Positions 38,601 through 50,830 of a stretch of 64,000 nucleotides of DNA are shown here, one piece after another. Source of the DNA: Adineta vaga. Lineage: Eukaryota; Animalia; Rotifera. A model generated the notes under the pieces. That model searched no databases. It worked only from the letters and a program-made list of their open reading frames with translations, and had not been told where the DNA came from. Made by a program: the position numbers and the translations under genes. The stretch spans positions 10,416,001-10,480,000 of the forward strand of contig CP075492.1 of the NCBI GenBank assembly GCA_021613535.1, in the 5' to 3' direction. Every line of letters starts with the position of its first letter. Position 1 is the stretch's first letter.

Positions 38601-41600
38601 TTTTGTATGGCAGCTATTTTTATTGATCTTCATCAAGTTAAAAGAAGAAAAAAAACCGAATCTTTTCGAAAAATGTTTAAGAAAGAGAGATACTTTAACA
38701 TTGAGTCATGAAAAAGACTAAGAAATTGTTGTAGAGATATTTGATACATACGATTGACGAGCTTTGAAAAGGAAAATGTAAAAAGATTGGTGGAAAAAGA
38801 AGAAAACTGATATATATATATATATATACTGCAATTTCTGAGATAAGAAAATAGATAATTGATCCTCGTATGGCTACAGGTCGATATTCTTCACGTGCTG
38901 CACTGATCTTTAATTTCGTTTCTTCAGCAATCAAAACTTTTTCTTTTACATCAATGGCTATACGTTTATTTGCATTGAGTACTTCGACAAGTGATGGATC
39001 ATCAAGTACAGAACCCTAAAAAGTACATTTGAAAAAAATTCTTTTTTCCCAAGAAATTATTCTTACTTCAATACTAGTTAATTTGAGTAAAAGATTTTCT
39101 TCTAATTCTTTTAACATTCGTTTATTTTTAGTTGTTTCACGAGCTAATGTTACTCGTTCACGTTCTAATTCCTAAAAGTTCTCCTTAAAATTCAATGCTC
39201 TGTTTTCAATGTGAAATGTCGAACATACAACACGTTCATTAGCAATAACAAGACTCAATAATTGATCTTCTAATCCACGTTGTGTAACAGTAAAATCAAT
39301 AATTGATACTCGAGCACAGATTTCAGGTGAATACGTTGGATTAGCTAATTTTGTTGTTATATATAAACGAAAAGTATGATTGACATCCTATGATAGAAAG
39401 TTCATTTCAGTTGATGAGTTTTATTCAAACGAACCACTTCACGATCACCAACTTTGACCTAGAATTGTTGAATACGTGATTTGATAAGAAAAAGAATCGA
39501 ATACGTACGCGTAAAGTTGAACCGATTTTGAGATAATTTTTTTCTAGAATATTATCAAGAATAGGATCGAATTCTTCATCAACATCTTCGATTAAGAATG
39601 GTCGACCAAATGATATTGAATCTTCTAATTGTTGACGAAATAATTTCGAATTTAGTGTTGTTATTAACAGATCATTTTCACGTTCCATATTTTTTATCCA
39701 TGATTTTCCTTGTAATTGACTATAAAAAGCATACATTTTTTTTCTTCAATCAAATAATTCAAATTTATTACGGATCAATCAAAAGTGGATAACGATAATT
39801 AGATGTTGCTATAATACCATTTTGATTGGAAAGGTCATCATTTGGTAAACCTTGTAAATTCCATTCACCAATCTAAATACTAACTTTGTGAATAACGATG
39901 CAATATATTATTCTCTTACTGTTGCTTCATCGTTCAATTGTTCAATGATATTAAAATTGTCTGAAAATGGTATAATTCTTTGTTGAATTTGTTTTTGCCA
40001 TTCATTTAACATGCGTTGTCGAAATTCTTGATTAAATGGACCACAATATGAGAGAAAAGCAGTAATCAATATTGCATTTCCAATCAATCTAATATATTCA
40101 TTCGAAATTATAATTCAATTCTAAATAATCTTACTTTTCAATACTCTGTTCAAATATTTTATTTTGTTCATTCCATCGAATTTTCTCTCCTGTTAAACCT
40201 GATATTAATGTATTTGCATCATTCCGTCGTTTCAGTAAAGCATCGTAATCAACTTGATATGTCTAGATTCAAGAGATTATTTATGAACGATTAAGTTTAT
40301 CAAAACAAGTCACTTTTTTAGTTTCCATAGCTGAATCGAAGTCATGTTGACATTTTGCTAGACCAATTTCAGTTCTTTCAAGTTCTCGTTCAGCTCGTGC
40401 TAATTTTCGTGAAGCTTTACGAAGAGAATTTTCTGCTTTTTGAACTTTATCCTGTTCAACAATACGGATAAAAATCTATCACAATAAGTACTTCTTCCTA
40501 CTTTGATAGGAATAACTTCTTTATTAATCGCGTGATAGGATTGAATTTTATCTATGAAAAATTTACAATAAAGATAATGCATAGAATATGAAAGGAAATC
40601 ACCAGTCCACGTTTTTAATGTTGCTAAATCTTTATAAGCTTTTCGAGCTTTTTCTGATAGATCTTTTATTTCAGAATAGGGTGCAAGTAATTCAATAATT
40701 TCATCATTCAATTCACGTATAGTTAATAATGTAGATAGTAAACCGGAATAATTTAAAAGTCGTAAAATTTCAGTTTTCGATGAAGCATAAAAAGGTTCAT
40801 CATGATTATTATCAATTCGAATTGGATCAAGACGTCTTTTCATCAATATCAATGCCATATCGAGAACAATCATAATAGCTTCAGGTGGTTTAGCTAATTT
40901 ACGAAGATTACTAATTGTATTACCTTTGATTTGCTAGAAAACAAATATAATACTCGAATCAACATCACTGTTCAACGTATATTTCATATTCATTACCGAA
41001 AGTTCTGGAATTTCGGTATTAACAACCTCTTATCAACTCTGTCAAAATTACGTACTTTTAACATCTTGTTCTTCATAACCTTATTTTTTGTTGTGTTCTT
41101 AGTTGTTGATTAAAAGATCACAGGACAAATACTGTTATCTTTCCTAACTGCGTTATTTCTCTTCTATATAAAGCTCGAATGAATAAATATAAAACATTCT
41201 ATTTGAAACTTTGGTATTTTTAGTCAAACAATGGTGAAACTTGTAACTGTACTTCTTGCAGCTTTATTGGTTGTTGCTTGTCAAAGTTCTATTATTGGCC
41301 GTACTGGTGCTTATAGAGATCGACCGGAATTATTAGGAAGTTCGGAAGTCAAAGCTTTAGTTAGTTATGCTGCTGAACAATTAGCATTAAAAGATAACAT
41401 TATTCTTGATGATATCAAAGTAACTGGTGTTCAAACTCAAGTCGTTGCTGGTATGAATTATAAAATCAATTTTACTGCTCAACCTGTCAATGGCGCTTCT
41501 GTACAAATGCAAAAATGTGAAGCAATTATTTATGTTCGATTTGATTCAACCAAAACTCTTACAAGTGCTCACTGTGCTTAAATATGAACACAAATTTTCC

Positions 41601-44600
41601 TTTCCGTTTTTTTTTCGAAAAATAAATACTTACCTTTACAGCTTCTTCAGCTTCTTTAAGAATAACTTCCGCAGCAGATAGTTCTTCCTCGGCAATAGCT
41701 TTTTCTTCATTCACTTGTTTAACAAGTATTTCAGCGGTTTCTTTCGATTCTTTAACTTCTTTAGTTTTAATTTCAGCTGCACTTCGTAAAATATCCATTT
41801 CAGCAACTTGCTGTGAAAGAAAATGATTGAAAGAAGAATTCGAAAAAATAGTCAAAGACATATCATACTTTCGCTGCTTCTGTATTAGCACTAGCCATAT
41901 GTTTCTCTTTGACAACTAATTCTTGTGTAATTTCCTGAACTTGCTCAGCAGCTTCAAACAATTTCTGAACACCGGTTTTCATTTTCTGTTTTTCTTTTTC
42001 AAAATATTCTCGTTGCTTTTGATAGTATAACTTAAATGCATTGATAAATCTAAACAAACATCGCAATTATATTGTGATGTATGAAAACAAAATTTCTTTT
42101 TACGAAAGAAATGATTTTGGTGTCACATAAGTTCGTCGACGAAATTTCTCATAATAATTTTCACACATTCGACTAACATCATCATGAATATCTGCCATTA
42201 ATTCAATAACATTCTTTTTAATTGTGTTTGAAGTAATGAGAGTATCAAAACGATTTAGATAAACATTCGAGACAGCAACCAATGCATCTAATGGCCAACG
42301 ATGAAACCAATCGATTGTACAACCAGAAACTAATGCAGGAAATTTCAATGCACGTTCACGAAATTTACGATTATCGGGAGAGAAACAGAGAACGATATGA
42401 AGATTCTTTCGTAATCTTTCACGATAATAATTTAGAAGATTTTCATTTGTTAATGCTCGTTTTGGATATTCTTTTTTCATTTTAACGGATAATTCAGAAA
42501 GTGTTTCATCCATTTCTTCACGTGTAATCAAACCTGAAACCTTGAAAATACGAAGAGAATTCTATGAGTTTTGCTTGAAAAATATTCGTTACTTCTCCAG
42601 AACTTAAAACGTTATTTAAATATTCAAGAAACTGATCATCTTTTATATCGTTATCTGTGAATATAAAAACAATGCCTTGACCAAGACGACCGGCATGTCG
42701 ATAAATATTTCGTAAATCATCCAAGAAATTGTTCAATGTATATGCTCTTCAATAAAAAAAGTATTCTTTTTGAAATTTTATTCGTTAATAATAAATCATT
42801 ACCTTGAAACACTGATTTGCAAATATTTGTATCCTGCAATATAAGCAGCCAGTTTTGTTAAAGATTGTTTTCCACTACCACCAACTCCAACCTGTGAAAA
42901 GCAAAACACGATTTCTTTACTATATGATCGAAATTTCTATCAAACCAATAGTAAATGTCCTTTTGGCATATTAATAACACGTGAAATCTAAAGATATATT
43001 GAACTATGCATTTATTCTTAAGAAAAATATCAACATATTCTTTACTCGAAGTAGATGAATCATAGCATCTTTAAAGAATACTAAATCCATATTACTACCA
43101 CGAATATCTTCATTCATTTTGTTCATATTGCTAGTTAATTTTGTTTCTAATGCTTCCCATGATATCAAAGGTTCATAAACTTTTGGTACTAAATCAGCAA
43201 GATCAATATCATCATCCATATCATCAGTGACTTCCAATTCTTCTCGAAGAAAACTATGAACATGTTAACTGAATATAGTTCAATGTTTCAATTCACAGAC
43301 AAATTACTTTGCAAAATAAACTTCGGCGTCTTCTTGACTAGAAAGTTCATAAATATCTCCAAATGTTTGTTTTGCAATTCGATATTGTTCTTTTCTAAAC
43401 CATTCCTTTTCCGTATGTAAAACCAATCGATCTGATAATACTCGTGTACATTCATGTTTCCATAATTGGAAATATTCTTCGAGATTATTTTGACATTGTT
43501 CTACTTCGATTTGTAAGATTCCTTCCCATATACGAGAAAGATCACGAAGATTGAATATATAATGAAATTTTGCAGGTGTCGGTAGAAATTTCCCTTTCAC
43601 AACTTGCCAAAGAAGTCGTGTTGCAAAAACAGATTTCTGTACGATTTGAATAAGATCAGTGGAAAAGTTTCTTTCGAGACAAAAATATTTTCCGATAGAA
43701 CTAAATATATGATCAACCGCATTATTTGATGGTAATGTACAATTTAAGATAAAAAAATGTCGTTTTAATCGTTCGGGTATATCATTTCGGCCACCACCTG
43801 GATGGCACATTGCTGCCAGAAATTGTAAATCAATAATATTGAGAAAATCACCTGGTTTTGTCAATGAATAAAAGCCTTTTTGTTCAATTAATTGTCGAAG
43901 AATTTCATTGGCTTCTTGATCACCCCAGGCATTTATCATTGGCATATTGATATCATCAATAAAAATGGTCATTTTACGTCCAAATGATGGACCAAATGTA
44001 TTTGCAACACGTTTATCTACGAAATTTTCAATTGTCTTCTGAATAAAACCACTTGTTGTTACCGATGAAAAATTAATTATTCGCGTTAAATGTTGTTCAC
44101 TATCGTAATGTTTTAAAAAACTTGTAATGATAACAGTTTTTGCAGTGCCAGGTTCACCGATTAATAGCACAGCTTTTTCTTGTTTAGACAGAATATTGAT
44201 TAGATAAGTTGTACGAACATTATCAATATTAGGAACAAGTATTGAAGCAAAAGCAATTCTTTCATCTTTTGGATATTCCCAAGATTCAACACGAGTTGAC
44301 CAATGTTCTAAAAACAAAACTCTATCCGTGTCATTTATTTTCGTTCACAAAACGTGATAGTTTATCAAGCGTACCCCATTGTCCACTATCATCGACTAAA
44401 TAATCAAAGAGTGAATCACCTTGATTCACATTCTTTGGAATATCACTATCACCTGAAGTAATAAAATATTGTTCTAATTTAGCTCGATCACTCAATTCTA
44501 ATAATGCACCCATACTAAAAACCCAACATTTCGATCAATTTCTAATCAGTATACAAAAACAGAATCTCTTACCTCCACATAATTGAAAAAATTGTCAATC

Positions 44601-47600
44601 TTTCTAAATAAATTTTGGAATAATCGAATTCTTTATTTAATAATCCATCAAGTAGATCAATAATCTATCAAACAAAATGTAACTGAAAATTTTACTGAGA
44701 AAAACGTATGAGAACCTGTTTGATATAATTACATTCATACACTTTCAATTTCGGTGTACATTTCGTAATTAATAATTTAAATATTTCATCGAAATGTTTT
44801 TCGAGAATTTCAAATATAATAGTACCAATGTTTTTCAATTGTTTATTTGCCCATGCTTGAAATATAGGTCTCCATGGAAGAACAGTTGATGACATAAATA
44901 TCATTCCACAACGTGAAACTGTTGCTGGTGATGCATTATCGATATTATGTACTTCGAAAATTAGTTTAACATTCGATGCCATAGGTATACGATCACCATT
45001 AGCAAGTGTTAATAATTTATTATCATCTAAAACGGAATTTAAATTTTCAATCCATATTGCATCAACGGGACCATCTAAAATGATCCACCATGCTTCTTCT
45101 ACATAGAAATATCATGATATGTTTATAATAAACATCGAAATCAATCACATACGAATGTCTGATTTTGATGAAACTTCATAAGCTTTTAATGTACGACGCC
45201 AAAGAGTTGAAAATATTCCATCTGTCCAATCATTTGTTGCAACATCAAGAATACCGAACATTTGAGAAGCTGTTATCGATTTATCAAGAAGAAGACGATC
45301 AAGAAACGTTTGTTGACTTTGAACAAGTTCATGGGTAACATGTTTTGCACGTTTAAGAAGACGTTCATGAGTAGTACGAAGTATTTCAATCGCTGTTTGT
45401 TCTTCTGATGGTATATCAATTGAATATCGTTTGAAAAGATTATATACTTCCTACAATCAAAAATCAAAAACATCAACTACAAATCTCATTGATTTTTACT
45501 TCTAATGGATCAATTGTATGATCAATAAGAACAAAATTGTCTTTTAAAGTATCTAATGTATTAATCACAAAACGAACATCATCAAGATCTCGTAATTGTC
45601 GATTTAAACGTGGTTCATTCTTTTTCAAAAAATCATTAATACTAATAAATTTCATTCGATAATGTATACGAATATATTTCGCAAATATTAATTCAAGTTG
45701 TCGAACTTCATCGACAAGTGTTCGTTTGAATTTCGTTGTTATATATCGAAATGGTTCGATATTTTTAAATTCAGAAATACGTTTAATTGTATCACGTGTA
45801 TCATCAAAATCAGCAAATAATGCTCGAATAGATGCATAACTTGGATTGGATAGAATGAATTTTTTTGCTTGATGAATTTTATTGATTTCCCAGAGATCTC
45901 GAAAGACATAATATTCTTCTAATTCTTTATCAAATCTATCAAAAAATGAAATGGAAAGAGTTCTAATAGAGAGAAAAAAAGATTACCGAATGCCATTTTC
46001 GAGAAAAAAATTACCAATTGTTTGATATAACTTCAACAATTCTTTATTATTGGCAATTAAATTATAATATGTTTTAACTAGAAGAATAAATCATACGATA
46101 TACAGTATGATCCTCTATTATTAAACACCCCTCCTTAATGAATAACTTGTTATACTGAACGTTTTCCCCAGATCCCAACGGCGTTCACATAAGAGAGGTT
46201 TTACTGTACATCTATTTGACCATCTTTACCTTGTTGTACTTGTTCGGAATCTTGCGCTTTAATGTCAATATCGAAGTTTACATTCGTTGGTGTTATTTCC
46301 AAGTAATTATGTATCAGTTTATAATCAATACTTCGCACTTCACCCCATTTTCGTACACCATAAAAAATATTTAGAACATAACTAATCAATTGATTCATAA
46401 GTTGTTGTATTTCATCAATACTTGGATTAAGAACGATGGAAGATGAATGTAATTCAACATTAGTTAGAATTAATGGATGTTGTATATGATCGATTCGATC
46501 AACATTGGCATCGATTGTATCCATTGGATAAAGACGAAGTTTTTTCAAGCGAGGTTTCATTTGAATTCTAAGGAGAGAGAAATGAAAATACACATGATTT
46601 TTCATCTTACAATGATGAATTTGCTCGATTTTTAATCATTTCAAATGTATTCTTTGCACATAATGTCAATGCTTCGATAAAACGAGTTTCAAATGAACTA
46701 AGAAATTCATTACCTATAAAAACATATACGTTCGTTTCTCACGAGAAGAATCTCCTATTTTACTAACATAATTCATTAAATCGTTCCCATTCGTTCGAAG
46801 GTTGAATCAAAAATTGAGTTGGATTTCTTGATCTTCTTTCTAATTTCGATGAATCTTGAACAAACATTTGTACTGCTAATCTTTCCATTGCTGACAGTTG
46901 CATGATATCTAGAACAAAGCCGTTGAATAACGTTGAAAATCTTATTCTTTAATCCATACCAATATCTGCAAGTTTTTGTTCGAACGGTTTCGAATGATAA
47001 CCAGCTTTATCGAAGAACATTTTGATTACATGCAAAACAGCGGATTCGATTTGCATTGAAATTGCATTGAGTTTTTCTGCTTTTGTAATAATTTGTTCAC
47101 GAATTTCTTGAACAAATTGTTTGAAATCAATTGAATCATCAGGAAATTCGAGAATTTCAAAACGAGATACTTCATGAATTGGTTCTTCAATACGATATAT
47201 TATTAGAGATGATATTTGACCAAGAAAATCCGACATTAAAATAATATTTTCCTCTGCAGGAAGAAATAATTCATCGAGATTTTTCGATAACCAATTAAGA
47301 CGATTTAAACCAATTGAGAGAGTGTTATCAACCTATATAATATCAATAGATGCAGACAAACTATTTGAAAAAGAATCTCTTACTTGTATCATTACTTTTT
47401 CGACCAATTCATAACTTGCTGGATGTGCTTTTGCTAATAATATCGAAAGATCTTTCAATAATTTCTAAAAATAACAAAAGAGCACACACACAAACGCATT
47501 CTTTACTTAATTCTAACTTAGCATACTTTTAATCGTTCATAGGATAATCGAATTCGATTTCTATCTAATAATAATTTATATCCTAAATCTGGCATTGTTA

Positions 47601-50557
47601 CTGAATATCGTGCTAATAATTCACAATCATGTAGAATAACATCAATCAACGGATCATAATTGATATACAATTGTCGTATAACATTTTGTCGAATAAGAAC
47701 TGGATTACACATGACATTTACCACATCAGGTAATGTATTATACCTAAAGTTCTCAATTCTATCCGATTTTTTCGAAATCTATCTAACATGAACTAACCAA
47801 TGACGATGATAGAGAAGTTCATAAATTGAAAAACCATTGATAATATTCATAAAATCTTTCGTAATAGTTTTCATTATAGAATGATCTTTCAATTCGGATC
47901 GTTTTAGAAATTCTACATAAGGATTTTCAATACGTTTATACATTCGTCTTGCCCATAAAATTCGACCTATAATCAAGTTTAATAGTGTTTTATTTTCATT
48001 TTCTTTTACCAATAATTGGCGAATGATCTCTTTCGATTGTCGGTGTTGTTCTACATTGATTATAAAGATGTTTCACTTTCTACAGAAAACAAACGTTTAA
48101 TCTTCGGAATATCAAAATCAAATTTTTCTCTTCACTTGAAGTTCTTCTTTTTCGTACCATTGAATAATATCAATTAAGAATTCATTTGAATCAAAAAATG
48201 GAATGTGTAAATTCTCATATCGAATTAAGAATTTCAAAGCATTGAAAGAATTATGTGATGGAGAATGAAGTATACGATGAAGATCTTTATGAAAGACTTG
48301 ATATAATTTTTGCTAAAACAAAGAATATTTCAAAACGAAGACCAATCATAATCGATTCGTACATCAATATCGGAAAGAATGTTATTTAATTGATTATAAA
48401 ATACATCAAATTGTTGATCATCTGAATCGAAAAAATCGAATTTGAATGTTAAAAATTCTGCACGAGTTTTATTGTAAATCAACGTAATCTGTTCAAGACC
48501 ATCGATTCGTGATTGAGATAATAATGAATAGATTTCAAATGATTCGATAATTTCACAAAGCTATCAACAAGAATCATTCGTGATATGAAGATTTGAATGA
48601 AATAAATTGTTACTTTATTCAAACGTTGATTGACAAAGGCTAATTTACCAAGTACATGACGTTCAGATAAATGATTAGAACTTTGATCAGTATAATGATT
48701 TTCAATTTTTTGTTTAGTTTTCAGAAATATCTCTCGATAGGAATGATATAAATCATTGATATTACGAATACGTTTCAACAATTCATTTGTTTCCAAAAGA
48801 CGAATATCGAATGTATGATTATTAGTTAGATAATCTTTGATACTTATAACTATTTGATTGGTTATCTAAGAGAGCATTCGTCAGTGAGTGAGTGAAGAGA
48901 AAGAGTAAATTCAATACTTACAGTCACAAGTAGAGCAGCAATTTTTTCCGGTTTAGAATAGAATTCTGAACATGAATTAATTAGAACGATAGTATTGAGA
49001 AGATTGGATAGACTTTCTTGAATTTCGTTCTAGAACAAACGGAACGATATCTCGGGATTTTTTCTATGTGATGAATTACCGGTTCATTTGAATAAAGTGG
49101 TCCAATATATTTCGTTAAAATCATCAAATATTTATAATGATCACGTGCTTCATTCATACTTTGTGTTAATTTTTTATCAATTTCTCTCCATTCCTGCAAC
49201 GAAAGATTATTTCATCGAACTTTTTCTTCAATAATTCATTCTTCTACAAACAATTGAACGTGGACTAGCAGCAATATTTAATAGATAAACCACAGCTCGA
49301 TTATAGGGTAGTCGAAGTTGATTCATTACGTAATGTAATTGAATAATTTGTTTTCTCCAATATTTCAATTCATTCAATGGACCAGCATTTACATTGATCT
49401 GTCGAATAGATATACTCTTTCGATAGAACTAGAGAAGTCAACATCGAATTCTATCAATCAAATATTGGCTTTCATACTTTATGAATTTCTTTTATCCATG
49501 CAAACATAGTTTCTTCCGCTTGTTGAACTAATTCAGTATCTTGTGCAAAACGTAATAATGAATTAGGATGAATAATTTCTTGTGTATCATGTCGTAAACG
49601 TATGGGTACGTTTTGTAATCGTATACTATCCATCAATGAATCATGAATTGTTCGAAAAAAATCAGCATTTTGTTTCATTTGATAGACTAATTGAAATTTT
49701 ATTCGATTCGTATTTTCATTGACAAGACTCAATCGATTCCATTCTTCTGCTTTCTTTATTGACGGTAGATAACTGAGTAATCCTACTTCAAGATTGATCA
49801 TTAAATCAAAATTTGGTAATTCGAAATTCATGGAAAAAATGATTAATTCCTACAGAAAATTGATGTTCTTCTATATAAATATTCATGAAAATCGCGTACA
49901 TTTTTATAATTTTTATCTGTTAATTTAATTGTATTTGGTTTGATAAAAATTACACCACCATCTTCGAATGGTTTATCTATTCCTATCTAATATGAAATTG
50001 ATTATAAAGGAAAGACTTCATCGATTAGATTAACATACTCCGATACATGTTTCTTCAACTTTCGTCGTTCGATTAAAATTTGATAAAGCTAATCAAGATT
50101 AACATCAGTATTAACATTTGAATTCAACAAAATATATTTACCTATATTTGATCCTTTACTAAGACGATTTCTTTCATAAAGATCACAATAAAATATCGGT
50201 AAAATATGTATATTTTCATCATTCAAAAATCGTTGTATAAGATTCCACTGAAATTCATAATCCAATCTCGATCATTTTTCATAGATATTCTCTACATACA
50301 TTTTGTGTTTCTTGACAGTAATCTGCAACTAAATTCGATTGAGAATTAAAAAAGAATGCTAAGATATCAAAAAGATATGTATGAACATTATTAATCGTTG
50401 TATTATTTAAAAGTTCTTTAATCGATATCTCCTCTTCATGATCTTCTCTTTCTTCAATAGTTGATCCGATAATAGGTTGTAATTGTTCATCAATCGATTG
50501 AACAAGAAGATTATTCATATCAATTTCCGATTGTTTAATATTGCTTTTAGTCGCCAT
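35610..50557 (-). CDS. Axonemal outer-arm dynein heavy chain (DNAH5/8-type) lacking linker, AAA1 and N-half of AAA2
   Basis: Tail motifs ([17 protein letters not shown]), [37 protein letters not shown]3 [11 protein letters not shown]4 [24 protein letters not shown]-terminal [14 protein letters not shown]-stop; no GPAGTGKT P1 loop found. Confidence 0.9.
41165..41173 (+). promoter_or_regulatory. TATA box of nested cystatin
   Basis: TATATAAAG 66 nt upstream of the cystatin ATG. Confidence 0.55.
41231..41581 (+). CDS. Secreted cystatin, intronless, nested antisense in a dynein intron
   Basis: Signal peptide, N-terminal Gly (TGA), QVVAG motif, NYKINF, two C-terminal Cys; AATAAA at 41621-41626. 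Confidence 0.9.
   Translation: MVKLVTVLLAALLVVACQSSIIGRTGAYRDRPELLGSSEVKALVSYAAEQLALKDNIILDDIKVTGVQTQVVAGMNYKINFTAQPVNGASVQMQKCEAIIYVRFDSTKTLTSAHCA
46103..46206. mobile_element. Tc1/mariner (pogo/Tigger-like) MITE remnant in a dynein intron
   Basis: TA|CAGTATGATCCTCT ... AGAGGTTTTACTG|TA: degenerate CAGT-start TIRs with TA flanks, inside enlarged intron 46078-46229. Confidence 0.65.
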
Positions 50558-50830
50558 GAATATCCTTGATTGCGCCCTTTTCTTCTCGATCAATAATCAT
50601 AAAACTATGCACAAAAAATTGAAAAAGTTACGCTTCAGTGCATCATCCATCCAACTTATCTAATTTTCTTTTCATCATGTGTTCTAATCAAATGATATAT
50701 CGCGTGTATTTTTGAGAAGGTGTGTGATAATCTTACAGATGTTTTCTTTTTGTTCTTTGCATTTGCGACATCGAAAACAATGAATATATCTATGTTGTTT
50801 TTTTCAAAAGCTTCTTTTTCTTCTTTATAG

